From assembly GCA_963821535.1 (NCBI GenBank), contig CAWGEC010000003.1:273554-337553 (forward strand): 64,000 bases of DNA. Direction: 5' to 3'. Position numbers and translations under genes: made by a program. The notes beneath the pieces are model-generated. The model had not been told where the DNA came from. It ran no database searches and saw nothing but the letters and a program-made list of their open reading frames with translations. Positions within the stretch are counted from its first letter, which is position 1, and every line of letters starts with the position of its first letter. The DNA is from an uncultured Actinomycetes bacterium. GTDB lineage: Bacteria > Actinomycetota > Thermoleophilia > Gaiellales > JAICJC01. This document shows, one piece after another, positions 9,070-16,348 of the stretch.

Positions 9070-9365
9070 GGCCGCCTCGTCGAGCGGCCGCGCCGGTCGA
9101 GCACGAGCCGGTAGCCGCCCTCGCCGTGGCGCAGCCAGTGGGCGACGCGTGTCACCGTGGCGGTGGAGCCGTGCACGGTGCGGGCGACCTCGGCGTAGGG
9201 GATGCCGCGGTCGAGCAGCTGGGCGGCGTGCCACCGGTGGGCCAGCACCTCGAGCTCGTGGAGCGTGCAGACATCGCGCAGGAACGCGGCCGCCTCGTCG
9301 CGGCTGCGGAGCGCGACGACCGCGTCGCAGAGGTCGTCGACCTCGGGTGTGCGCCATTCGCTCAT
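9066..9365 (-). CDS. TrpR-like YerC/YecD-family DNA-binding protein, first gene of the his operon (candidate histidine regulator)
   Basis: 99-aa ORF MSEWRTPEVDDLCDAVVALRSRDEAAAFLRDVCTLHELEVLAHRWHAAQLLDRGIPYAEVARTVHGSTATVTRVAHWLRHGEGGYRLV. This is the YerC/TrpR-family pattern (DlCT..El, StaTvtRV, G.GGY). Confidence 0.85.
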   Translation of the reverse strand: MSEWRTPEVDDLCDAVVALRSRDEAAAFLRDVCTLHELEVLAHRWHAAQLLDRGIPYAEVARTVHGSTATVTRVAHWLRHGEGGYRLVLDRRGRSTRRP

Positions 9366-9375
9366 CGTGATAGCA

Positions 9376-9391
9376 TTTTAGCATGCTAAAA
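9376..9391. promoter_or_regulatory. Perfect 16-bp palindrome TTTTAGCATGCTAAAA in the 17-bp yerC/hisA divergent gap; candidate operator
   Basis: Read directly: self-complementary over all 16 nt. It is the only AT-rich patch in the region. It overlaps the hisA ATG (9383) and both divergent -10-like boxes (TAGCAT 9371-9376 on plus, TAAAAT 9380-9375 on minus). Confidence 0.6.
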
Positions 9392-10099
9392 CGTTGGGGC
9401 AAGCAGGCGGTGCCGGCGATCGACCTCCTCGGAGGCCGGGTCGTGCGGCTCCACCAGGGTCGCTACGACCGCGTGACCGTGTACGCGGACGACCCCGTCG
9501 CGGTCGCGGAGGACCTGGTCTCGGCGGGCGCCACGCGGCTCCACGTCGTCGATCTCGACGCGGCCAGGGACGGCGCGCGACCGGCCGCCCACTCCGAGAT
9601 CATCGCCCGCATCGCGGCCCTGCCCGGCGTCCGCGTCCAGCTCGGCGGCGGCATCCGGAGCGAGGCCGACGTGGCCGCGGCGCTCGAGACGGGCGCCTGG
9701 CGGGTGGTCGTGGGCACGCTCGCCGCGGACGAGCCCGAGACGGCCGGCCGGCTCGCGCGCGAGACGGGCCGCCTGGTGGCGGCGATCGACTGCCGCGACG
9801 GCAGCGTCCGCGTGCGCGGCTGGGCGGCCGACTCGGGCGCGGATCCCGTCGAGCTCGTGCGGCGGCTCGTCGACGCGGGCGTTCGCGACGTCGCGGTGAC
9901 CGCCATCGACCGCGACGGGACCGGGGCCGGGCCGGACGCGAGCCTGATCGGGCGCCTGCGGCCGGCGGTACCGGGCGAGCTGATCGCGGCGGGCGGCGTC
10001 TACGCGCCCGTCGACGTGACCGCGGCCGTGGGGGCCGGGGCCGACGCGGTCATCGTGGGCCGGGCGCTCTACGAGGAGGGACGGTTCCGCGTTGCATGA
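9383..10099 (+). CDS. hisA: 1-(5-phosphoribosyl)-5-[(5-phosphoribosylamino)methylideneamino]imidazole-4-carboxamide isomerase HisA (could be a dual HisA/TrpF PriA type)
   Basis: 238-aa ORF MLKRWGKQAVPAIDLLGGRVVRLHQGRYDRVTVY...RLHVVDLDAARDG...VQLGGGIRS...AIDRDGTGAGPD...IAAGGV...VIVGRALYEG. Confidence 0.92.
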   Translation: MLKRWGKQAVPAIDLLGGRVVRLHQGRYDRVTVYADDPVAVAEDLVSAGATRLHVVDLDAARDGARPAAHSEIIARIAALPGVRVQLGGGIRSEADVAAALETGAWRVVVGTLAADEPETAGRLARETGRLVAAIDCRDGSVRVRGWAADSGADPVELVRRLVDAGVRDVAVTAIDRDGTGAGPDASLIGRLRPAVPGELIAAGGVYAPVDVTAAVGAGADAVIVGRALYEEGRFRVA

Positions 10100-10107
10100 T
10101 CATGCAA
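10092..10107. promoter_or_regulatory. ARG-box-like perfect palindrome TTGCATGATCATGCAA upstream of argR
   Basis: 16-nt self-complementary sequence (TGCAT-N4-ATGCA core, the half-site type I recall for actinobacterial ArgR operators). It overlaps the hisA stop (10097-10099) and lies 23 nt before the argR ATG. A TATTGT -10-like box is at 10115-10120. Confidence 0.6.
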
Positions 10108-10129
10108 TAGACGGTATTGTCATGCGTTC

Positions 10130-10588
10130 ATGCCTGATCGCCGCCAGCTCATAGCCTCCCTGCTCGACCGCCACGCCGTCACCTCCCAGCCCCAGCTCAT
10201 CGAGCTGCTCGCCGGGAACGGCGTAAACGTGACCCAGGCCACCGTGTCGCGCGACCTGGAGCGGCTCGGCGCGGTGCGGGTGCGGAAGGGCGGCCATCTC
10301 GTCTACGCCCTTCCGGCCGATGAGGCGCCGGTCGATCCCCTCGAGCGCCTGCGCGAGGCGCTCGCGCTCGTGCGGTCGATCGAGCCGTCGGGAAACCTGC
10401 TGGTGCTGAAGACCGCGCCGGCCAACGCGATGCCCGTCGCGCGGGCGTTCGACGTCACCGAGCTCGCCGAGGTCGCCGGCACCGTGGCGGGCGACGACGT
10501 GATCCTCGTCGTCGCGCGGGAGCCCCACACCGGCGCGGATGTGGCCGCCGTGTGCGCCGAGGTCCAGTCGGGTGCCGTCCGTGCCTGA
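10130..10588 (+). CDS. argR: Arginine repressor ArgR
   Basis: 152-aa ORF MPDRRQLIASLLDRHAVTSQPQLIELLAGNGVNVTQATVSRDLERLGAVRV...LVLKTAPANAMPVARAFD...AGTVAGDDVILVV. Winged-helix N-terminal domain plus an ArgR C-terminal domain (GT.AGDDT-like motif). Confidence 0.93.
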   Translation: MPDRRQLIASLLDRHAVTSQPQLIELLAGNGVNVTQATVSRDLERLGAVRVRKGGHLVYALPADEAPVDPLERLREALALVRSIEPSGNLLVLKTAPANAMPVARAFDVTELAEVAGTVAGDDVILVVAREPHTGADVAAVCAEVQSGAVRA

Positions 10589-11531
10589 GCTGACCCTCGT
10601 CGACGATCGGCCCGGGCTCGGGAGCCTGTGCGGCCGCGACCTTCTCCGGATCGACGATCTGGCGGCGGAGGAGCTGCTCGCGCTGCTCGACCTGGCCGAC
10701 CGGCTGAAGGCGCTCCAGCACGAGCGGATCCCGCATCCGCTCCTGCCCGGCCGGTCGCTGGCGATGATCTTCGAGAAGCCGTCGACCCGCACGCGCGTGT
10801 CGTTCGAGGTGGGGATGGCCCAGCTCGGCGGCCACGCGGTCCACCTCGCGACGGCCGAGAGCCAGCTCGGGCGCGGGGAGCCGATCGCCGACACCGGCGC
10901 CGTCCTCTCCCGGTACGTCGACGCCGTCATGATCCGCACCCACGCGCACGCGCGGGTGGAGGAGCTCGCGGCGGCGGCCTCGGTCCCGGTCGTGAACGGC
11001 CTCACCGACGAGCACCACCCCTGCCAGGCGCTGGCCGACCTGATGGTGCTGCGGGAGCGGCTCGGCGACCTCGAGGGCCGGCGGCTCGCATGGGTCGGCG
11101 ACGGGCTGAACAACGTGTGCCACTCGCTGCTCACGGCCGCTGCGATGGTGGGGATGGAGGTCGTGGTGGCGAGCCCGGCCGGCTACGCGCCCGATCCGGA
11201 CGTCGTCGCTGCGGCTGCCGCCCCTGTGGAGGTCGTCGACGACCCGCGCGCCGCGGTCGCCGGCGCGCACGCCGTGGTGACGGACACGTGGACGAGCATG
11301 GGGCAGGAGGACGAGCGCCAACGGCGCCTGCGCGACCTGGCGGCCTACCAGGTGAACGATCGCCTGCTCGAGGCGGCGGCGCCCGGCCACGTCGTGCTGC
11401 ACTGCCTGCCCGCCCACTGCGGCGAGGAGATCACCGAAGACGTGCTGTGGGGCCCGAGCTCCGCGGCATGGGACGAGGCCGAGAACCGGCTGCATGCGCA
11501 GAAGGCGCTCTTGGCCATGATCGTGGAATGA
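10581..11531 (+). CDS. argF: Ornithine carbamoyltransferase ArgF
   Basis: ORF 10539..11531: SLAMIFEKPSTRTRVSFEVGMAQLGG...HPCQALADLMVL...DGLNNVCHS...HCLPAHCGEE. Start placed at GTG 10581 (8-nt overlap with argR); the exact start is uncertain. Confidence 0.92.
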   Translation: MPELTLVDDRPGLGSLCGRDLLRIDDLAAEELLALLDLADRLKALQHERIPHPLLPGRSLAMIFEKPSTRTRVSFEVGMAQLGGHAVHLATAESQLGRGEPIADTGAVLSRYVDAVMIRTHAHARVEELAAAASVPVVNGLTDEHHPCQALADLMVLRERLGDLEGRRLAWVGDGLNNVCHSLLTAAAMVGMEVVVASPAGYAPDPDVVAAAAAPVEVVDDPRAAVAGAHAVVTDTWTSMGQEDERQRRLRDLAAYQVNDRLLEAAAPGHVVLHCLPAHCGEEITEDVLWGPSSAAWDEAENRLHAQKALLAMIVE

Positions 11532-11546
11532 CGATGGGGGTGTTGG

Positions 11547-12758
11547 GTGTCTGAGACAATTGTGCTCGCCTACTCGGGCGGGCTGGACACGTCGGTCGCA
11601 CTTCGCTGGCTGGCTGAGGAGTACGGCGCCGAGGTCGTGGCGCTCCTGGTCGACGTCGGCCAGGGCGTCGATCGCGAGACCGTGACCAGGCGCGCGCTGG
11701 CCGCCGGCGCCGCCGACGTCGTCATCGTCGACGCCCGTGAGGAGTTCGCGCGCGAGTTCGTGCTGCCGATCCTTCAGGCTGGCGCTCTTTACGAGAACCG
11801 CTATCCCCTGGTGTCGGCGCTCTCGCGCCCGCTGATCGCCCGCCATCTCGTGTCGGTCGCCCGCGAGGCGGGCGCCACGGCCGTCGCGCACGGCTGCACC
11901 GGCAAGGGCAACGACCAGGTGCGGTTCGAGACCGCCGTGGCGGCGCTCGCGCCGGACCTCGCGGTCCTCGCCCCCGTCCGCGACTGGGGCATGACCCGCG
12001 AGCAGGAGATCGCCTACGCCGAGCGGCACGGGATCGAGGTGCCCGTGAAGCGCGGCGCCGCGTACTCCATCGACCAGAACCTGTGGGGGCGGTCGATCGA
12101 GGCCGGCCCGCTCGAGGACCCGTGGGTGGCGCCGCCCGAGGAGGCATACGCGCTCACGCTCTCGCCGGAGCGGGCGTTCCACGCGCCGCAGGAGGTCGAG
12201 ATCACGTTCGAGGCGGGGGTGCCCGTTGCCGTCGACGGCGAGGAGCTGGAGCTGGTCGAGCTGATCGGCCGGGCCGCTGCGCTCGCCGGCGCCCACGGCG
12301 TCGGCCGGATCGACATGATCGAGAACCGGCTCGTCGGGATCAAGTCGCGCGAGGTGTACGAGACGCCGGCCGCGGCGGTCCTTCTCGCTGCCTTCGCCGG
12401 GGTCGAGGAGCTCGTCTGTGACCGCGACCTGGCCCACATGAAGGCCGAGCTTGCGGCCCGCTACGCCACCCTCGTCTACAACGGCCTCTGGTACTCGCCG
12501 CTTCGCGCGGCGCTCGACGCCTTCATGAACGAGACCTCCGCCGCCGTGACGGGCACGGCGCGGGTGAAGCTCTACCGTGGCTCGTGCTCGATCGTCGGCC
12601 GGCGGGCCGAATCGGCGCTCTACGACCACGGCCTTGCGACCTACGAGCAGGGCGACAGCTTTCAGCACGGGGCGGCCGCCGGGTTCATCCACATCTGGTC
12701 GCTCCCGTCCAAGACCTGGGCGGCGGCCGGGCGGTCGAGGGAGACGACTCCGGCATGA
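11547..12758 (+). CDS. argG: Argininosuccinate synthase ArgG
   Basis: 403-aa ORF (GTG start) SETIVLAYSGGLDTSVALRWL...AVAHGCTGKGNDQVRFE...YSIDQNLWGRSIE...NRLVGIKSREVYE. Confidence 0.95.
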   Translation: MSETIVLAYSGGLDTSVALRWLAEEYGAEVVALLVDVGQGVDRETVTRRALAAGAADVVIVDAREEFAREFVLPILQAGALYENRYPLVSALSRPLIARHLVSVAREAGATAVAHGCTGKGNDQVRFETAVAALAPDLAVLAPVRDWGMTREQEIAYAERHGIEVPVKRGAAYSIDQNLWGRSIEAGPLEDPWVAPPEEAYALTLSPERAFHAPQEVEITFEAGVPVAVDGEELELVELIGRAAALAGAHGVGRIDMIENRLVGIKSREVYETPAAAVLLAAFAGVEELVCDRDLAHMKAELAARYATLVYNGLWYSPLRAALDAFMNETSAAVTGTARVKLYRGSCSIVGRRAESALYDHGLATYEQGDSFQHGAAAGFIHIWSLPSKTWAAAGRSRETTPA

Positions 12759-14020
12759 CGCAGGCGCTCTGGTCCGGGCGCCTGCCGGGCGGGCTCGATC
12801 CCGACGTGAAGGCCTTCACGGCCTCGCTCGCGGTCGACCGGCGCCTCTTGCCGTACGACCTGCGCGCGACGGCCGCGCACGTCCGCATGCTCGCGGCGCG
12901 CGGGATCCTCGAGTCTGAGCTCGCGACGTCGATCTGCGCGGCCCTGGAGGGCGTCGAGATCGACGCCGGCGCCTCCGACGAGGACGTGCACTCGGCGATC
13001 GAGCGCGAGCTCGGCGAGCTGGGCCGGTGGGTTCACGCCGGCCGCAGCCGAAACGACCAGGTGCAGACGGCCATGCGCCTCTGGGTCAAGGACGCCTGCG
13101 ACGAGCTGGCCGCCGGGCTCCGCGACCTCGCCGGCGCCATCCTCGACCGGGCAGAGCGCGACGGCGACGCCGTCCTCCCGGGCTACACGCACGGCCAGCG
13201 CGCCCAGCCCGTCTGGCTCGGCCAGCACCTGGCCGCGCACGTCTGGGCCCTCGTCCGCGACATCGACCGCTTCCACGCTGTCCACCGCCGCGCCGATACC
13301 TGCCCCTCAGGAGCCGGCGCGCTGGCCGGGTCGAGCCTGCCGCTCGACCCGGCGGCGGTGGCGTCGGAGCTCGGCTTCGCGGCGGTGCACGAGAACCCGA
13401 TCGACGCCGTGGCCGACCGCGACTACTGCGTGGAGCTCGTGTTCGCGTGCACGCTTGCGTTCTCGCATCTCTCGCGGATCGCCGAGGAGCTCGTGCTCTG
13501 GACATCCGCCGAGTACGGCTTTGCCGAGCTCGACGATTCGGCCGCGACGGGCTCGTCGATGATGCCGCAGAAGAAGAACCCCGACGCCGCCGAGCTCGTG
13601 CGCGGCCGCGCGGGCACAGCGGCCGGCCGGCTCGCCGGTCTGCTCGCGACGCTCAAGGGGCTCCCGCTCGCCTACAACCGCGACCTCCAGGAGGACAAGC
13701 GGGCGTCGTTCGACGCCGTCGACGACCTGGCCGGAGCGCTGCGCGCGCTCACCGTGTGCATCCGCGGCATCACGTTCCACCCCGACCGGATGGCCGCGGC
13801 GGCCGGCGACGGCTGGTGCGTGGCCACGGACGTTGCCGAGGCGATGGTGCGCGAGGGCACGCCCTTCAGGGCGGCCCACTCGGCCGTCGCCGGCCGGGTC
13901 GCGGCCGGCGAGCGCTTCTCGTCTCCGGCGCCGGCCGAGGCCGCCGCTGCGCGCCAGCCGCCGGACGCGCTTCGGATCCAGCTCGCCAGGGCGCGGGCGG
14001 CGGTGAGCGGGGATGGCTAG
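12755..14020 (+). CDS. argH: Argininosuccinate lyase ArgH
   Basis: ATG 12755 (ATGA overlap with the argG stop). MTQALWSGRLPGGLDPDVKAFTASL...HAGRSRNDQV...LPGYTHGQRAQP...GSSMMPQKKNPDAAELVRG. Confidence 0.94.
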   Translation: MTQALWSGRLPGGLDPDVKAFTASLAVDRRLLPYDLRATAAHVRMLAARGILESELATSICAALEGVEIDAGASDEDVHSAIERELGELGRWVHAGRSRNDQVQTAMRLWVKDACDELAAGLRDLAGAILDRAERDGDAVLPGYTHGQRAQPVWLGQHLAAHVWALVRDIDRFHAVHRRADTCPSGAGALAGSSLPLDPAAVASELGFAAVHENPIDAVADRDYCVELVFACTLAFSHLSRIAEELVLWTSAEYGFAELDDSAATGSSMMPQKKNPDAAELVRGRAGTAAGRLAGLLATLKGLPLAYNRDLQEDKRASFDAVDDLAGALRALTVCIRGITFHPDRMAAAAGDGWCVATDVAEAMVREGTPFRAAHSAVAGRVAAGERFSSPAPAEAAAARQPPDALRIQLARARAAVSGDG

Positions 14021-15092
14021 CCGGAACCCCGGGCTGCGCCGGATCGTCGTCGTGAAGGTCGGGTCGAGCACGCTCGTCGACGGCGACGGCCGCGCACGGA
14101 CGGACGTCTTCGCGCGCCTGGCCGGCGAGTGCGCAGGGCTGCAGGCGGACGGCGAGCCGGTCGTGCTGGTGAGCTCCGGCGCGGTCGCGCTCGGCGTCGG
14201 CGAGCTCGACGGCCGCGCCCGCCGCCGCGGCGTGGGCGACCTTCAGGCCGCGTCCGCGGTCGGCCAGACCCTGCTCCAGGATCACTGGCGCGCGGCGTTT
14301 GCCGGCCACGGGGTGCGGACCGGGCAGGTGCTCCTGACCGAGGCGGACGTCCACCGGCGCGTGTCCTACGTGAACGCCCGCCGCACCCTCCGGAGGCTGA
14401 TCGGCTGGGGCGTCGTCGCGGTCGTGAACGAGAACGACTCGACGGCGACCGACGAGATCACCTTCGGCGACAACGACACGCTCGCGGCCCAGGTTGCGAT
14501 CATGCTCCAGGCCAGGATGCTCGTGCTCCTCACCGACATCGACGGCGTGTACGACCGCGATCCCGGCCTGCCGGGGGCCCGCCGCCTGGCCGAGGTCGGC
14601 GACGAGGCAGTCGAGGTCGCCGACGCGGGCGGCCGGCTCTCGCCGTGGGGCACGGGCGGGATCGGGAGCAAGGTCGCGGCCGCGCGCACCGCCGGCGCCG
14701 GAGGCGTCGAGGCCGTGATCGCGTCGGGGCTCGACCCGGGGGCGCTCACCGCCGCGGCCGACGGCGGCACCGGCACGCGGTTCCCGGCGGCGTCGAGCCT
14801 GCCGTCGGCCTACAAGCTCTGGCTGCGCCACGGCACACCTGTCCGCGGCAAGCTCGTCGTCGACGACGGCGCCCGCAGGGCCGTGGCGGAGCGGGGCACG
14901 AGCCTGCTGCCGGTCGGCCTGGTGGCCGTGGACGGGTCGTTCGACGCCGGGGATGCCGTCGAGCTGGTCGGCCCGGACGGCAGCCGGTTCGCCATCGGCG
15001 TCAGCCGCTACCAGGCGCGCGAGCTGGCCGGGCTCGCCGGGCGGCGAGGGCTGCCCGAGGCGGTCCGCCGAGACGATCTGGTGCTGGTATGA
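14013..15092 (+). CDS. proB: Glutamate 5-kinase ProB (with C-terminal PUA domain)
   Basis: 359-aa ORF RRIVVVKVGSSTLVDG...VVLVSSGAVALG...NENDSTATDEITFGDNDTLAAQVA...LTDIDGVY...GTGGIGSKVAAA. PUA-like tail: KLVVDDGARRAV...SLLPVGLVAVDGSF. Confidence 0.93.
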   Translation: MASRNPGLRRIVVVKVGSSTLVDGDGRARTDVFARLAGECAGLQADGEPVVLVSSGAVALGVGELDGRARRRGVGDLQAASAVGQTLLQDHWRAAFAGHGVRTGQVLLTEADVHRRVSYVNARRTLRRLIGWGVVAVVNENDSTATDEITFGDNDTLAAQVAIMLQARMLVLLTDIDGVYDRDPGLPGARRLAEVGDEAVEVADAGGRLSPWGTGGIGSKVAAARTAGAGGVEAVIASGLDPGALTAAADGGTGTRFPAASSLPSAYKLWLRHGTPVRGKLVVDDGARRAVAERGTSLLPVGLVAVDGSFDAGDAVELVGPDGSRFAIGVSRYQARELAGLAGRRGLPEAVRRDDLVLV

Positions 15093-16291
15093 GCGCGACC
15101 GGAACCGCATCCGCGCCTGGGGTTCGCGCCCGGGCCGCCGCCCGCGTCCTGGCCGCGCTCGACGGCGATGCCCGAAACGACGCCCTGGCCGCGATCGCCG
15201 AGGCGCTCGAGCGGCGCGCGGCGGAGGTGCTCGACGCCAACGCCGCCGACGTCGCCGGCGCGTCGGGCGAGACCGCCGCGATCGTCGACCGGCTCTCCCT
15301 CGACCCGGGCCGGCTGGCGGGCATCGCCGCCGGCGTGCTGGCGATCGCTGACCTGCCCGATCCGATCGGCGCCGTCCTTCGCGACTTCACGCTCGCGAAC
15401 GGGATCCGGGTGCGCAAGCTGCGCGTGCCGCTGGGCGTCGTCATGGTGGTCTTCGAGGCCCGCCCGAACGTCGCAGTCGACGCGGCCGCGCTCTGCATCA
15501 AGTCGGGGAACGCCTGCATCCTGCGCGGGTCGCGGCTCGCCGCCCGAACGAACCTCGTGCTCGTCGACATCGTGCGCGACTCGCTCGAAGCGTCCGGCGT
15601 CCCCGCGGACGCGGTCGTCGCCGTCGGCGGTGGCCACGAGGCGCTCGACGAGCTGCTGGCCGACCCGGCGACGGCCGACGTCGTCATCCCGCGCGGCGGC
15701 GAGGAGCTGAAGAAGCGGCTCCTGCGCGACTCGCGGATCCCGGTCCTCGCGGCCGCCGGCGGGAACTGCCACGTCTACATCGACGCCTCCGCCGACGCCG
15801 AGTCGGCGATTGCGATCGCCGTCAACGCCAAGACCCAGCGCCCGGGGGTGTGCAACGCCGCCGAGACGCTCCTCGTTCATCGCGACCGGCCCGAGCTGCG
15901 AGACGCGATCTGCGCCGCGCTCCGCGACGCGGGCGTCGAGATCCTCGAGGGCGAGGAGGCCTGGGAGACGGAGTACCTCGACCTGCGGATGGCCGTCCGC
16001 ACGGTCGACTCGCTCGACGAGGCCATCGACCACGTGAACCGTTACGGCACGGGCCACTCGGAGGCGATCGTCACCGCCGACTTCGACGCCGCGGCCCGGT
16101 TCACCAACGAGGTCGACGCCGCGGCCGTCTACGTGAACGCGTCGACCCGGTTCACCGACGGCGGCGAGTACGGGATGGGGGCCGAGATCGGGATCTCGAC
16201 GTCGCGCCTGCACGCCCGCGGGCCGATCGGCCTCGAGGAGCTCACGACCTCGAAGTACGTCGCCTGGGGCGACGGCCAGATCAGAGGCTAG
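15089..16291 (+). CDS. proA: Gamma-glutamyl phosphate reductase ProA
   Basis: ATG 15089 (ATGA overlap with the proB stop). Tail of ORF 14129..16291: VPLGVVMVVFEARPNVAVDAAALCIKSGNACILRG...NAKTQRPGVCNAAETLLVH...HSEAIVT...ASTRFTDGGEYGMGAEIGIST. Confidence 0.94.
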   Translation: MSATGTASAPGVRARAAARVLAALDGDARNDALAAIAEALERRAAEVLDANAADVAGASGETAAIVDRLSLDPGRLAGIAAGVLAIADLPDPIGAVLRDFTLANGIRVRKLRVPLGVVMVVFEARPNVAVDAAALCIKSGNACILRGSRLAARTNLVLVDIVRDSLEASGVPADAVVAVGGGHEALDELLADPATADVVIPRGGEELKKRLLRDSRIPVLAAAGGNCHVYIDASADAESAIAIAVNAKTQRPGVCNAAETLLVHRDRPELRDAICAALRDAGVEILEGEEAWETEYLDLRMAVRTVDSLDEAIDHVNRYGTGHSEAIVTADFDAAARFTNEVDAAAVYVNASTRFTDGGEYGMGAEIGISTSRLHARGPIGLEELTTSKYVAWGDGQIRG

Positions 16292-16305
16292 GCAGGCGAA
16301 CCACC

Positions 16306-16335
16306 GGGGCCAGACCCCGGACGGGGTCTGGCCCC
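16306..16335. terminator. Strong GC hairpin between convergent proA and the ABC permease (bidirectional terminator candidate)
   Basis: GGGGCCAGACCCC (16306-16318) / GGGGTCTGGCCCC (16323-16335), perfect 13-bp arms with a 4-nt loop. It sits in the gap between the proA stop (16291) and the frameshift-corrected permease stop (16349). Confidence 0.6.
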
Positions 16336-16348
16336 ATGGGGTTGCGCC

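Noticed and set aside
9383-10099. Calling hisA a bifunctional PriA (HisA/TrpF).
   Set aside because: This cannot be decided from sequence by eye, and the presence or absence of trpF elsewhere in the genome is unknown.
10111-10135. A second ARG box adjacent to the palindrome at 10092-10107 (ARG operators are usually paired).
   Set aside because: ACGGTATTGTCATGCGTT / TTGTCATGCGTTCATGCC match the TGCAT-N4-ATGCA pattern at too few positions. I report only the perfect box.
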